NCBI GenBank assembly: GCA_965198235.1
Contig: OZ240248.1
Span: 4,800,001-4,864,000, forward strand
Length of the DNA stretch: 64,000 nucleotides
Direction: 5' to 3'
DNA from: Candidatus Poribacteria bacterium
GTDB taxonomy: Bacteria; Poribacteria; WGA-4E; WGA-3G
Shown: one piece after another, positions 51,158 through 61,148 of the stretch
Numbering within the stretch: the first letter of the stretch is position 1
How the letters are laid out: every line of letters starts with the position of its first letter
Made by a program: the position numbers and the translations under genes
Notes under the pieces: model-generated
Seen by the model: the letters and a program-made list of their open reading frames with translations, nothing else
Told to the model about the DNA's origin: nothing
The model's database searches: none

Positions 51158-54100
51158 GTGCCAACACTCAACATCAAACCGACACATAAATCCATCAAAA
51201 ACTACTACGCAGAACTTGAAGAGTATGCAAAAATCGGTGCAGCACACGAAGGTGCAGTCCGAATCGCATTCCAAAATCTCCTCCAGCACTATTGCCGACA
51301 GGTAGACCTCATCCTTGTCTGTGAAAAAACACGCTACACAAAAACGAATAGGCGCATCCAACTGGATGGTGAAGTTGTTGACCCCTTCGGCTTGCCACAC
51401 GGACATTGGGAAGCAAAGGATACGCAGGACGATTTGTCCATTGAAGCCCAGAGAAAATCGGAAGCAGGTTACCCATTTAAAAACATCATCATTCAATCGC
51501 CGAACCGTGCTCTTCTCTATCAAAACGGTTACCTTCACCTTGATTATGACCTCACGGATTCAAAAAATCTTATCAATCTACTGAATACCTTCTTTGCGTA
51601 TCAGGAAGAAAATATCGTTGATTGGTATGCTGCGGTGGAAGAATTTAGGGATAAGGTGCCGGTGCTGGGACGTGGTGTCGCAAAGCGTATCCAAACCGAG
51701 ATCCGGGACAATCCAGTGTTTCAGCAAGCCTTCCAGGATTTCCATCAGCAATGCAAAGCATCCATCGACCCGAACCTCACCGAAGCACAAGTTGAGGAGA
51801 TGCTCATCCAACACTTGCTGACTGAACGGATTTTCCGCACTATCTTTGACAATCCCGATTTCACGAATAGGAACATCATCGCCCAAGAAATTGAGAAGGT
51901 GATCCAGATTCTTACCCATCGTTCCCCGAGTCGTTCTGAATTTCTCCGACCTTTGAATCCGTTTTATGTTGCGATTGAGAAAACCGCCGCGACTATCACG
52001 GATTTTTCACAGAAGCAGGATTTTTTGAACACCGTCTACGAGCAGTTCTTTCAAGGCTTTTCGGTTAAAGTTGCCGATACACACGGAATTGTCTATACGC
52101 CGCAGCCGATTGTGGATTTCATGGTGAAAAGCGTCGAGCATATTCTCGCGACCGAATTCGGACGTTCGCTGTCGGATATGGGGGTTCATATCATCGATCC
52201 GTTTGTTGGCACCGGCAATTTCATCGTCCATCTAATGCAAGAGATTCAGGGACGGCGATTACCGCAAAAATACCGCGAGGAGCTCCACTGCAATGAGGTG
52301 ATGCTACTCCCCTATTACATCGCCAGTCTCAACATTGAACACGCCTATTTTGAGAAAACCGGCAATTATGAACCCTTTCCGCATATCTGCTTCGTGGATA
52401 CGTTTGATACGTTCGGTCTGATGGACGCACCTCACCAAACCGGGGAGTTCACCTATTTTACACCTGAGAATACGCTGCGGGTTGAGGAACAACAAGAGAT
52501 TCCGATGTTTGTTGTTATCGGGAATCCACCCTACAACGCGAGGCAAGCAAATGAAAACGATAACAACAAAAATAAGCCACACGAGGCAGTTGACGCTCGG
52601 GTGCGAGCCACGTATGCTGCCGCTTCGAGCGCGCAACTTAAAAATAAACTCTATGATCCGTATGTGAAGGCGATTCGGTGGGCAACAGATAAACTGGGTG
52701 ATGAAGGCATTGTCGTATTCGTGACAAATAACAGTTTTATCGACGCACAGATGTTTGATGGCATGCGGCAACATCTCGTCGATGAGTTTGATACGCTCTA
52801 TATTCTTGATTTGGGTGGTAATATTCGTAAGAGACAACCTGGGGACTCCAATGTGTTCGGCATTCAGGTTGGGGTGAGTATTAATGTCCTCATAAAATCA
52901 AAACAAAATCAAGGGTTGCCAGCGCGCATCTTCTATAACGACGAAACAGTGGATTTGCGTAAAGAACGGACATTTGCGTTTTTGGAGGAAAAGCAGCACG
53001 TTGGCAACTTAGATTGGCAAGAGATTAAACCGGACAAACGGCATACGTGGCTGACAGGAGGGTTTGATATGGACTTTGACACTTTCGTTCCAATGGGGAA
53101 CAAATCGGCAAAGTCCAGCACGGGCGATGGAGAGGGAACGCTTTTTAAAACCTACAGCCTCGGTGTGGTAACGAATCGCGACTCATGGGCTTACAATTTT
53201 AATCCCAATACCCTTACCAAAAATATGTGGGCGATGATGGAAACTTACAATGGACAAGTATCTAAATGGGAACAACGAAGCGATAGAAACATCAACGTCA
53301 ATGATTTTATAGAAATTGATGATACGAAACTCAAGTGGACCCGAAGCCTAAAGTCAAACTTAAGACAGAGCAAATTGGCTAAGTTCTCCGCTGAAAATGT
53401 TCGGACATCTCTTTACCGCCCATTTACGAAATCACACCTCTACTTTGATAGAATGATGAACGAGTGTGTGTATGTGTTTCCCTCCATTTTTCCAATACCA
53501 GAAACGGAAAAGGAGAACCAGGTAATTTGTGTGCCGAGTCCCGGTAGCCGTGCTGATTTTTGGTGCGGTGCAACATCAGTTATCCCAAATTTGATGATAA
53601 CGTCCATGGATCCAAATCAGTGCTTTCCCTTCTACACCTACGATGAAGATGGCACAAACCGCCGCGAGAACATCACCGATTGGATGTTGGTACAGTTCCG
53701 AACGCGCTACCGAGATGACACCATCACAAAGTGGGACATCTTCCACTACACCTACGGGATCCTGCATCATCCGGATTATCGCGAGCGGTATCAGGAAAAC
53801 CTCAAGCGTGATTTGCCGCATATCCCCTTCGCCGAGGATTTTTGGGAATTTGCGAAGGCGGGTGCGCGGTTGGCAGACCTCCACGTCAACTACGAATCAC
53901 AGCCCGAATACGATAAACTCAATTCGGTTGAGACCCCGGGGATGCAAGTGGATTTGTCTGTAGATCGAATGAAATTCTCAAAGGATAAGACACATTTGAA
54001 ATACAACGATTTTCTGACATTAGAGGGCATCCCTCCTGAAGTGTTTGATTATCGGTTAGGCAACCGTTCTGCGTTGGAGTGGGTAGTTGATCAGTATCGC

Positions 54101-54241
54101 GTCAAGGTAGACAAACGGAGCGGCACCGTCAACGATCCGAACCGTGGCGAAGATCCGGAATATATACTTCGTTTGATTGGACAGGTCATTACGGTGAGTT
54201 TGGAGACGGTAGACATTGTTGATGGATTGCCAGCATTGTAG
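51158..54241 (+). CDS. Single-chain restriction-modification enzyme (Type IIG/ISP-like, no helicase)
   Basis: N-terminal DG...WEAKD nuclease motif; GIVYTP, DPFVGTG and GNPPY MTase motifs; ISP-like C-terminus (YRPF, YRLGNRSALEWV). Confidence 0.88.
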   Translation: MPTLNIKPTHKSIKNYYAELEEYAKIGAAHEGAVRIAFQNLLQHYCRQVDLILVCEKTRYTKTNRRIQLDGEVVDPFGLPHGHWEAKDTQDDLSIEAQRKSEAGYPFKNIIIQSPNRALLYQNGYLHLDYDLTDSKNLINLLNTFFAYQEENIVDWYAAVEEFRDKVPVLGRGVAKRIQTEIRDNPVFQQAFQDFHQQCKASIDPNLTEAQVEEMLIQHLLTERIFRTIFDNPDFTNRNIIAQEIEKVIQILTHRSPSRSEFLRPLNPFYVAIEKTAATITDFSQKQDFLNTVYEQFFQGFSVKVADTHGIVYTPQPIVDFMVKSVEHILATEFGRSLSDMGVHIIDPFVGTGNFIVHLMQEIQGRRLPQKYREELHCNEVMLLPYYIASLNIEHAYFEKTGNYEPFPHICFVDTFDTFGLMDAPHQTGEFTYFTPENTLRVEEQQEIPMFVVIGNPPYNARQANENDNNKNKPHEAVDARVRATYAAASSAQLKNKLYDPYVKAIRWATDKLGDEGIVVFVTNNSFIDAQMFDGMRQHLVDEFDTLYILDLGGNIRKRQPGDSNVFGIQVGVSINVLIKSKQNQGLPARIFYNDETVDLRKERTFAFLEEKQHVGNLDWQEIKPDKRHTWLTGGFDMDFDTFVPMGNKSAKSSTGDGEGTLFKTYSLGVVTNRDSWAYNFNPNTLTKNMWAMMETYNGQVSKWEQRSDRNINVNDFIEIDDTKLKWTRSLKSNLRQSKLAKFSAENVRTSLYRPFTKSHLYFDRMMNECVYVFPSIFPIPETEKENQVICVPSPGSRADFWCGATSVIPNLMITSMDPNQCFPFYTYDEDGTNRRENITDWMLVQFRTRYRDDTITKWDIFHYTYGILHHPDYRERYQENLKRDLPHIPFAEDFWEFAKAGARLADLHVNYESQPEYDKLNSVETPGMQVDLSVDRMKFSKDKTHLKYNDFLTLEGIPPEVFDYRLGNRSALEWVVDQYRVKVDKRSGTVNDPNRGEDPEYILRLIGQVITVSLETVDIVDGLPAL

Positions 54242-54374
54242 TAGTAGGCACACGCCGTGTGCCATGTCTGGAATTGCAGGAGGGGTTTCTAACCCTGATT
54301 CTCAGGCGGCGGAACCAAATGCCCTGTTATATCCACACCTGACATTGACACTGATTGAAATATGGAGGTAAGCA

Positions 54375-56878
54375 ATGCTTGAGAAGATTGGAATATGGAT
54401 TTTAACAAAGATGGTTCCAGCGTTTTTAAAAGAGTACTGGGGATGGCTTAAAAAGAAATACCAAGAGTCAAAGAATGCCTCTCATGACTATCCTAAGCAC
54501 TACCAGGAACGTCACGGTCAACTTAAAATCTCCTGCCTTGAAATGCAAGCACCGATATCACTTGAAAAGGTTTACGTAGCTGTCCACCTCTTAGATCAGG
54601 AAAATGCAATCCAATATGGATCTCTTGAAAATATTGAAAGGGAATTTCGAGAACGGACTAACACAGATTCTGAGTCAAGTTCTGATGAACGGCAATATGG
54701 GATGATAGTTGCCAATGATGAACAGTATTTGATGGTACTCGGCGGCCCTGGGGTCGGAAAATCAACCTTTCTCCGCAAGGTTGGGCTTGAAGCACTGAAA
54801 AGAAAGAATGGAAACTTCCAACACGAGTGCATCCCTGTTTTTCTTGAACTGAAGAGATTCACCGAGAATTCGATTGATATTGAGGCACTGATTACCCATG
54901 AGTTTAAGGTATGCGGTTATCCGTATCCTGAGCAGATGACGAAGACTACATTGGAATCAGATAAACTTCTCTTACTCCTTGATGGACTTGATGAAGTGCC
55001 AAGGGTAAATGTTGACAATGTTGTTAGTAAAATTGGAGATTTTGTCAATCAGTATGGCCAGAATCGCTTTATTGCTTCATGTCGGAAGGCGGAGAATGTA
55101 GGTGGATTTATACAGTTTACTAATGTGGAAGTAGCAGACTTTGACGATTCGCAGATTAAGAGGTATATCGACAATTGGTTTACCTCAACATCCAATGAAT
55201 CAACGCAGCAACTTGATAGCAAGATAACGACAGCTGATCTGTGTTGGGGGATGTTGAATGCAACGGAGCATCGAACGACCAAAGAGTTGGTGCGGAATCC
55301 ATTATTACTTACACTTCTGTGTGTAGCTTATGATAAATCACAAAACTTTCCGCTCAATCGGGCAGATCTTTATAAACGAGTACTCAACATTTTTCTTGAA
55401 GAGTGGGCAGATGAAAAGCGTGTTCGTCGGGATTCGTTGGTTAGTCAGTACTTGAACGTTTCAGACGAAGAGTATATGCTATCTGAAATTGCGGCAAAGA
55501 ATTTTGAGGCAGACCGTCTGCTTTTCAAGGAGAAGGAACTTGTTGATCAAATCAAGGAATTCAGTGAACTAAATTCCATTCCACTGTCAAATGTTGATGC
55601 CCACAAGGTACTGGAATCTATCACTGTTGAACAGGGGTTTTTCGTTGAGAGATTAAGTGGTGTTTATTCTTTTCTTCACTCGACGTTTCATGAGTATTTG
55701 ACAGCTAATTATTTCGTTAGTACGCAGTCAATTCAGAAGTTAGTAACTGAGCATTTACATGACAAGCGATGGCGAGAAGTCTTTTTATTCGCTGGTGAGC
55801 TAATGCCTGAGGCAGACAGTTTGCTTTTAGAGATGGAAATTGAAACTACGAAAACTATCAACACCGATGGACTCAAAGCATTGTTCCAATGGGCAAAACA
55901 TATCGTAAACCCTTCGGACAACGCGGGCAACAGGGTTGCCAAGCCAACATTTGCGGTGCGTCAGTACTTTGCTCTGTGGGTATCAAATCAAATTTATAAA
56001 TTAGCCAAAAACGTCGTTGACCTATACCGAGATGACAACCTAGATTTTGGTCTCTACCAACACCTTGACTTCTTCTACAACCGGGACCTCCACCGCAGTC
56101 GCAACCAAAATCTATGCAAAGACCTTGACTACTACCGCTATCTCCACCTAACTCTCCACCGAAGTATCCATCTCGACCAAGACCTCAACTTCTTGTGTGG
56201 TAAACCGCCAGTTATCGAAACCGAGCCCTTCACGGAGAGTGCCGCCAAGATCTCTACCAAGGTTATGACAGCTACCAAAGCCTTCACAGAAATCTCCACG
56301 TAAACCTCTACTTAAATCAAATAGCTTATATTGACCGAGCCACTCGCAACGTGTGCAACCATGACTTCTACCGGTTCCTTTACATCTACGTCTATCTCTA
56401 CCAAGATATCGATCTCTATCTCCACCAAGACATTAATCTGGACCTTGATTTTTACCAAGATCTTTACCGATATATGGATACCGATTGCTACTCTCGCCTG
56501 CCCTCTGAATTCTGCGATCAGTTTGAAGAGGAATTAGAAAAACGGATAATCTTTACTGAATATATGGAACAGGCGAAAATTTTCAAAGGAGTGGATTTAC
56601 AGCGGATGGCTCGACGGTTTAACGCACAACGAGAATTCATCAAAGCAGCGAGAGAAGGAAAGTCCGTTGAACTTCCAGAGGAATCTATTCATGACACGTG
56701 GATTTCCGTTTTGGGTATCACTGAAGGTATGCTTGCGGTTTCACCTCAAGAGATACAGAGTTATATTAGATATCTTCGCGCAATGAAACTCATCTTTGAT
56801 TGCAAGAAGGTGGCACGACATGTAACTCCTAGGATATGGCAGGAAATTGAGGATCAATTGCTGGTTACTGATTTTTGA
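54375..56878 (+). pseudogene. NACHT NTPase protein split by a frameshift near 56200
   Basis: GGPGVGKS, LLLDGLDE, NPLLLT, FLHSTFHEY. The D/L/Y/H-rich repeat continues in the -1 frame, which is open 56204-56878. Confidence 0.8.
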
Positions 56879-57056
56879 TGAAGAGGGTTCGCAGATTAGA
56901 GATTGACGGAGTTTATAGTCTGTGCATGAAACCCAGTTGCATAGAAGTCTATAAACGGTTTCCGCGAGAGAACTCTCCAGACTTTACTATGAAATTCGTT
57001 TGTGATTTTTTCGGGGGTGTGGTATCATTGTATCTCTGAGGAGGAATTCAAAACTC

Positions 57057-57815
57057 GTGGCATCTATTAATGACATCGCAAACGAATTCATTCGGGAAGA
57101 AATCGAAGAATTCCTGGAAGCACCCGATGAGATAGCACGTACTATTGAGATGTTTGCACAAGCAACCCCTGCTATGCAAACCATCGCTGCTGCGCTTATT
57201 GATGGCGACCATCACACCGTTAATGAATTGACGGAAACTGCTCTGGAAGAAGGCACAGAAGCGTTAGAGATTATGGATGACGGACTCATTGCTGGAATGG
57301 GGATCGTTGGGATCAAGTTCCGAGAAAACTTCATCTTTGTGCCAGAAGTCTTAGCGTGTGCCCGTGCAATGAAAGCAGGAATGGCACATGTTGAACCAAT
57401 CCTTTCGGATTCAGGTATTGAGCCGTTCGGTACAGTGATTATGGGAACCGTCAAGGGTGACCTACACGATATTGGTAAGAACTTGTGCATCATGATGTTG
57501 CGGGGGGCAGGTTTTGTGGTACACGATTTGGGTGTTGATACTTCTGAGGATGAGTTCATTGAAGCCGTTGAGGAATATGAAGCACCGATATTGGGGATGT
57601 CGGCACTCCTAACGACGACAATGCCGAACATGGGGAAGACAATTGATGCTTTTATTGACGAGGACTTGCGGGAAGAGGTCAAGATTATGGTAGGGGGTGC
57701 CCCGGTTACGCAAACATTTGCCGATGACATGGGTGCTGATGGATATGGTAAAGATGCACTTGAATGTGTCGCCTTAGCCAAACAGTTCCTTGAGGAGACG
57801 GACGAAGAGTGGTAA
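57057..57815 (+). CDS. Corrinoid (cobalamin-binding) protein of a methyltransferase system
   Basis: FVPEVL cap domain; GDLHDIGKN (DxHxxG); SALLTTT; VGGAP. Confidence 0.92.
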   Translation: MASINDIANEFIREEIEEFLEAPDEIARTIEMFAQATPAMQTIAAALIDGDHHTVNELTETALEEGTEALEIMDDGLIAGMGIVGIKFRENFIFVPEVLACARAMKAGMAHVEPILSDSGIEPFGTVIMGTVKGDLHDIGKNLCIMMLRGAGFVVHDLGVDTSEDEFIEAVEEYEAPILGMSALLTTTMPNMGKTIDAFIDEDLREEVKIMVGGAPVTQTFADDMGADGYGKDALECVALAKQFLEETDEEW

Positions 57816-57981
57816 CGCATTTCGCTCCTACAATGCAAAGGAACGTCAATGCTTAAAGTTTCAAAAAATCAAGCCCGTAATGAAATGGAGGGGTGTTTTT
57901 GATAGGGTGTTTCTTCAACTCATGAGAATAGCACGCCAAAGCTCAAACTCACGTCATTTGACCGCAAGGTAAATTAAAAGA

Positions 57982-59877
57982 ATGAAGAAAATAGATAAAG
58001 CCGAATACGAGAAACGACTCAATAAAATTACACAGATTTTTGAAGGTCTGGTTGTTCATGCGGACGAACAAGCGACGTATCGGTGTCCGTACAAAAATCG
58101 CTTTGACCAGTGTACAGCGAAGTTCGGCTGCCGAAATCAGCGAAAGATTGATGAAGGGACCGGACTTTTATGCGTCGGGGACGATAAGTTAGATTATCGC
58201 AGCGCGTGGGAGACTGACGCTCCCGACCAGACAACAGAAACACATAGCATCGGCACCATTACATCCGATGGAAAAACCTATCAACTCACCCCTGGGAAAA
58301 CTATTTTTGACTACGCAGACGATTTAACCGTCCAAGTACCCACCTCCTGTTTCCGAACCGGGCAGTGTCACGAATGTATCGTTGAGATTAAGCGTGGTAT
58401 GGACAGCCTCCGACCTCCAAATGAATCAGAAGCCTTCCTACATGATAACTACCGTCTCGCCTGCCAAGCCGTTGTTCTTGATATTGACGAGGACATCGAG
58501 TTCGCGCCACTTCGACGCTCACCAAGGATCTTGACGCATGCTATCACGACGGATAGTGGTAGGTCGGAATTAGATCCACGAGTTACGCATCGCGATGGAG
58601 TTGTCTATTACAATAATGAGCCTATTGACCGTTACCGAGGACACCTCTATGGACTCGCCTTGGATATCGGAACAACGACAGTGGTGGCGAATCTGGTTGA
58701 TTTAGAGAACGGGAAAACGGTTTCTGTCAGTTCCTTTGAAAACCCGCAGCGTTTTGGTGGGAGCGATATCATGAATCGCATCTCCTACGATGGTGAATTT
58801 CAGGGGGAGCTGCGCCGTTCGTTGATTGCCGCACTCAATAGTGAAATTATGGAGATGTGTGAACGCCACAACTTCGTCCGCCAAGAGATTTATGAAGTCG
58901 TCGTTGCTGGTAACACAACAATGCGCGATATTTTCTTCAAGCATGATGTTCAGAGTATTGGACAGAAGCCGTATAAATCTCTGATTGAGCATGAGTATCG
59001 GGAGGGGATCCGTTCAACCACTTCTCTTATTGAAAAGACGCGTCGCTTAGGTATCCGTGCGAATCCGAAGGCAATGGTCTACAGCTTGCCGTTGATTGCC
59101 AGCCATGTTGGGGCAGATGTTGCCGCAGATTTAGTCTCAATTGATATACCTTCGCAAGATGAGATCATCATGTTGGTTGATGTCGGGACGAACACAGAGG
59201 TGGTCGTCGGAAATGCGGAGCGGATGGTCGCTGCGTCATGTCCGGCTGGTCCCGCGTTTGAAGGGGGCGGCATTGAATACGGAATGCCCGCTTACCCAGG
59301 TGCTATTGAGTCTGTGAAGTGGAACGATGGTCAGTTCAATTGTGAGACGATTGATAATGAAACACCACAAGGGTTCTGCGGTTCTGGGTTGATTTCGCTC
59401 CTCGCTGAGCTGCGTCGGAACAATCAGATGAGTCCGAAAGGCGTTTTTGCAGATAGAAAACAACGCGTTATGTCCCTTTTGCCGGAACACGGTCTCACCT
59501 TCTCCCGTGAGGATGCAAGCAATTTGGCACAAGCAAAGGCGGCAAATTACTGTGGGCAGTATATTGTCCTGCGGCACTTCGGCTGCGTTCCAAAAGACAT
59601 TACGAAACTCTTTTTGGCAGGTGGTTTTGCCAATTATGTTAACCTACAGGATGCTATTGAAATCGGATTTCTCGCGCCCGTACCGGAAGCGAATGTCATC
59701 AAAGTCGGTAACGCCGCAGTGGCAGGTGCGACAGCAGTCTTACTTTCTGACAAAAAGCGCGCTGATATTGAAGCGTTTGTCAACAATATTGAGCATATTG
59801 AATTGGAGACGACACCCGATTTCTTTGACGTGTTCGTGGAGGGTTGTCAGTTCAAGCCGATGCCAGTAACGTTGTAA
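57982..59877 (+). CDS. ASKHA-family reductive activator of corrinoid proteins (RACo/RamA-like, DUF4445) with 2Fe-2S domain
   Basis: CFRTGQCHEC...RLACQ; DIGTTTV; DVGTNTE; AGPAFEG; GNAA. Confidence 0.9.
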   Translation: MKKIDKAEYEKRLNKITQIFEGLVVHADEQATYRCPYKNRFDQCTAKFGCRNQRKIDEGTGLLCVGDDKLDYRSAWETDAPDQTTETHSIGTITSDGKTYQLTPGKTIFDYADDLTVQVPTSCFRTGQCHECIVEIKRGMDSLRPPNESEAFLHDNYRLACQAVVLDIDEDIEFAPLRRSPRILTHAITTDSGRSELDPRVTHRDGVVYYNNEPIDRYRGHLYGLALDIGTTTVVANLVDLENGKTVSVSSFENPQRFGGSDIMNRISYDGEFQGELRRSLIAALNSEIMEMCERHNFVRQEIYEVVVAGNTTMRDIFFKHDVQSIGQKPYKSLIEHEYREGIRSTTSLIEKTRRLGIRANPKAMVYSLPLIASHVGADVAADLVSIDIPSQDEIIMLVDVGTNTEVVVGNAERMVAASCPAGPAFEGGGIEYGMPAYPGAIESVKWNDGQFNCETIDNETPQGFCGSGLISLLAELRRNNQMSPKGVFADRKQRVMSLLPEHGLTFSREDASNLAQAKAANYCGQYIVLRHFGCVPKDITKLFLAGGFANYVNLQDAIEIGFLAPVPEANVIKVGNAAVAGATAVLLSDKKRADIEAFVNNIEHIELETTPDFFDVFVEGCQFKPMPVTL

Positions 59878-60015
59878 AGAAGGCAAAAGTCTGAACTATG
59901 ATTTACAGGCTTCTTCGATCTTTATAGGATTATAGGTTTTCAGGATAATCCTAAGCGCATAGCCCATAATGAAATTAGGTTTCCTTAAATGGCATAATTT
60001 GTCTTTGCTTTACAT

Positions 60016-61119
60016 TTGGAGGGCGGATATACGGAGAGGAACGTGAAACCATTAGTACACCTCACCGAACCGCAAGGTAAAATTAAGAACTTTCAAGAAC
60101 GTTTGAAGTCTGATGAACCGATTTTGTACGATGGTGGGTTCGGTTCGCAGTTATTCGAGCGTGGTATAGAACTCGCTAACAGTGCACTCGCCAACGACCT
60201 ACATCCCACCGCTGTTATTGACATTCATTCGGATTATATCAAGGCAGGTGCTGAGGTGATTGGGACAAACACGTTCGTGGCATCCCCGCTTCACTTGGAG
60301 ATGGCGGGTCAAGACATATCCGATGCCAAACGGCTCACACGACTCGCTGTTCAACACGCAAAAACCGCTGTGGCGCAGAGCGGAAGGGATGTCTATATTG
60401 CCGGCTCTGTAGGACCCTCTCCCGGCGCAATTGAAGCCGATAGTGGGGATACCACTTTCGGCATTCCAAATGCGGACGCGAGAGAGGCGCATAAATTAGT
60501 TATCCACACCCTCGTAGAGGAAGGCGTGGATTTTCTCTGCCTTGAGACGATGTTTTCTGCGAAAGAGGCAGCACTCGCTGTAGATGTCGCGCGTGAGACA
60601 GGAATCCCTATTGCTGTAAACATGACTTATAAATGGACAAAGGAACGGCGGACCGGTAACATTATCTATCGAACCGACTGGGGGAATTCTCCAGCAGATC
60701 TGATCGATATTCTCATGAGCAACGAATTTTCGGGAGGAGATCGCAAGCCTATAGAGGCTTGCGGGACAATGTTGGAGTCTGTTAGTATCATCGGCGTGAA
60801 CTGCGGTGCCGAATCCAGACGCGATGAACATACTGGGATGCCTTATGCGATTGCTGGAACTCAGCAGTTGCACACGGCACTCACTGAAACAGGAATTGAT
60901 GGTAAACGGATGATGGCGTATCCTAACGCTGGTATGCCGAAGCTTGATGCGAACCATAAAACCGTCTATACGCAGACTCCAACAGAGATGGCAAGTCATG
61001 TTCCCGCACTCATCGAAGCAGGGGCTTACTTAATAGGTGGCTGTTGTGGGACAACACCGACACATATTAAAGCCTTTCGTGAGGCAATCGCGTCGCATCG
61101 CTCAGCATTGGTGTCTTAA
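60016..61119 (+). CDS. Homocysteine S-methyltransferase domain protein
   Basis: YDGGFGS, GVNC, YPNAG, GGCCGT. The start is uncertain because it lies within the repeat element. Confidence 0.88.
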   Translation: MEGGYTERNVKPLVHLTEPQGKIKNFQERLKSDEPILYDGGFGSQLFERGIELANSALANDLHPTAVIDIHSDYIKAGAEVIGTNTFVASPLHLEMAGQDISDAKRLTRLAVQHAKTAVAQSGRDVYIAGSVGPSPGAIEADSGDTTFGIPNADAREAHKLVIHTLVEEGVDFLCLETMFSAKEAALAVDVARETGIPIAVNMTYKWTKERRTGNIIYRTDWGNSPADLIDILMSNEFSGGDRKPIEACGTMLESVSIIGVNCGAESRRDEHTGMPYAIAGTQQLHTALTETGIDGKRMMAYPNAGMPKLDANHKTVYTQTPTEMASHVPALIEAGAYLIGGCCGTTPTHIKAFREAIASHRSALVS

Positions 61120-61148
61120 TATAGAACAGACAAATTTAGGAGATTTAC

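Noticed and set aside
56195-56215. Programmed -1 ribosomal frameshift in the NACHT gene
   Set aside because: No canonical X XXY YYZ slippery heptamer in the right frame; a mutation or sequencing error is more parsimonious.
56010-56500. DGR variable region
   Set aside because: No reverse transcriptase or template repeat in the window, and adenine-specific variation cannot be shown from one copy.
56880-57056. Cobalamin or SAM riboswitch upstream of the corrinoid cluster
   Set aside because: No B12-box or SAM-I core recognisable by eye; an Rfam scan would be needed to exclude it fully.
57212-57838. 208-aa minus-strand ORF
   Set aside because: Antisense shadow of the corrinoid protein gene.
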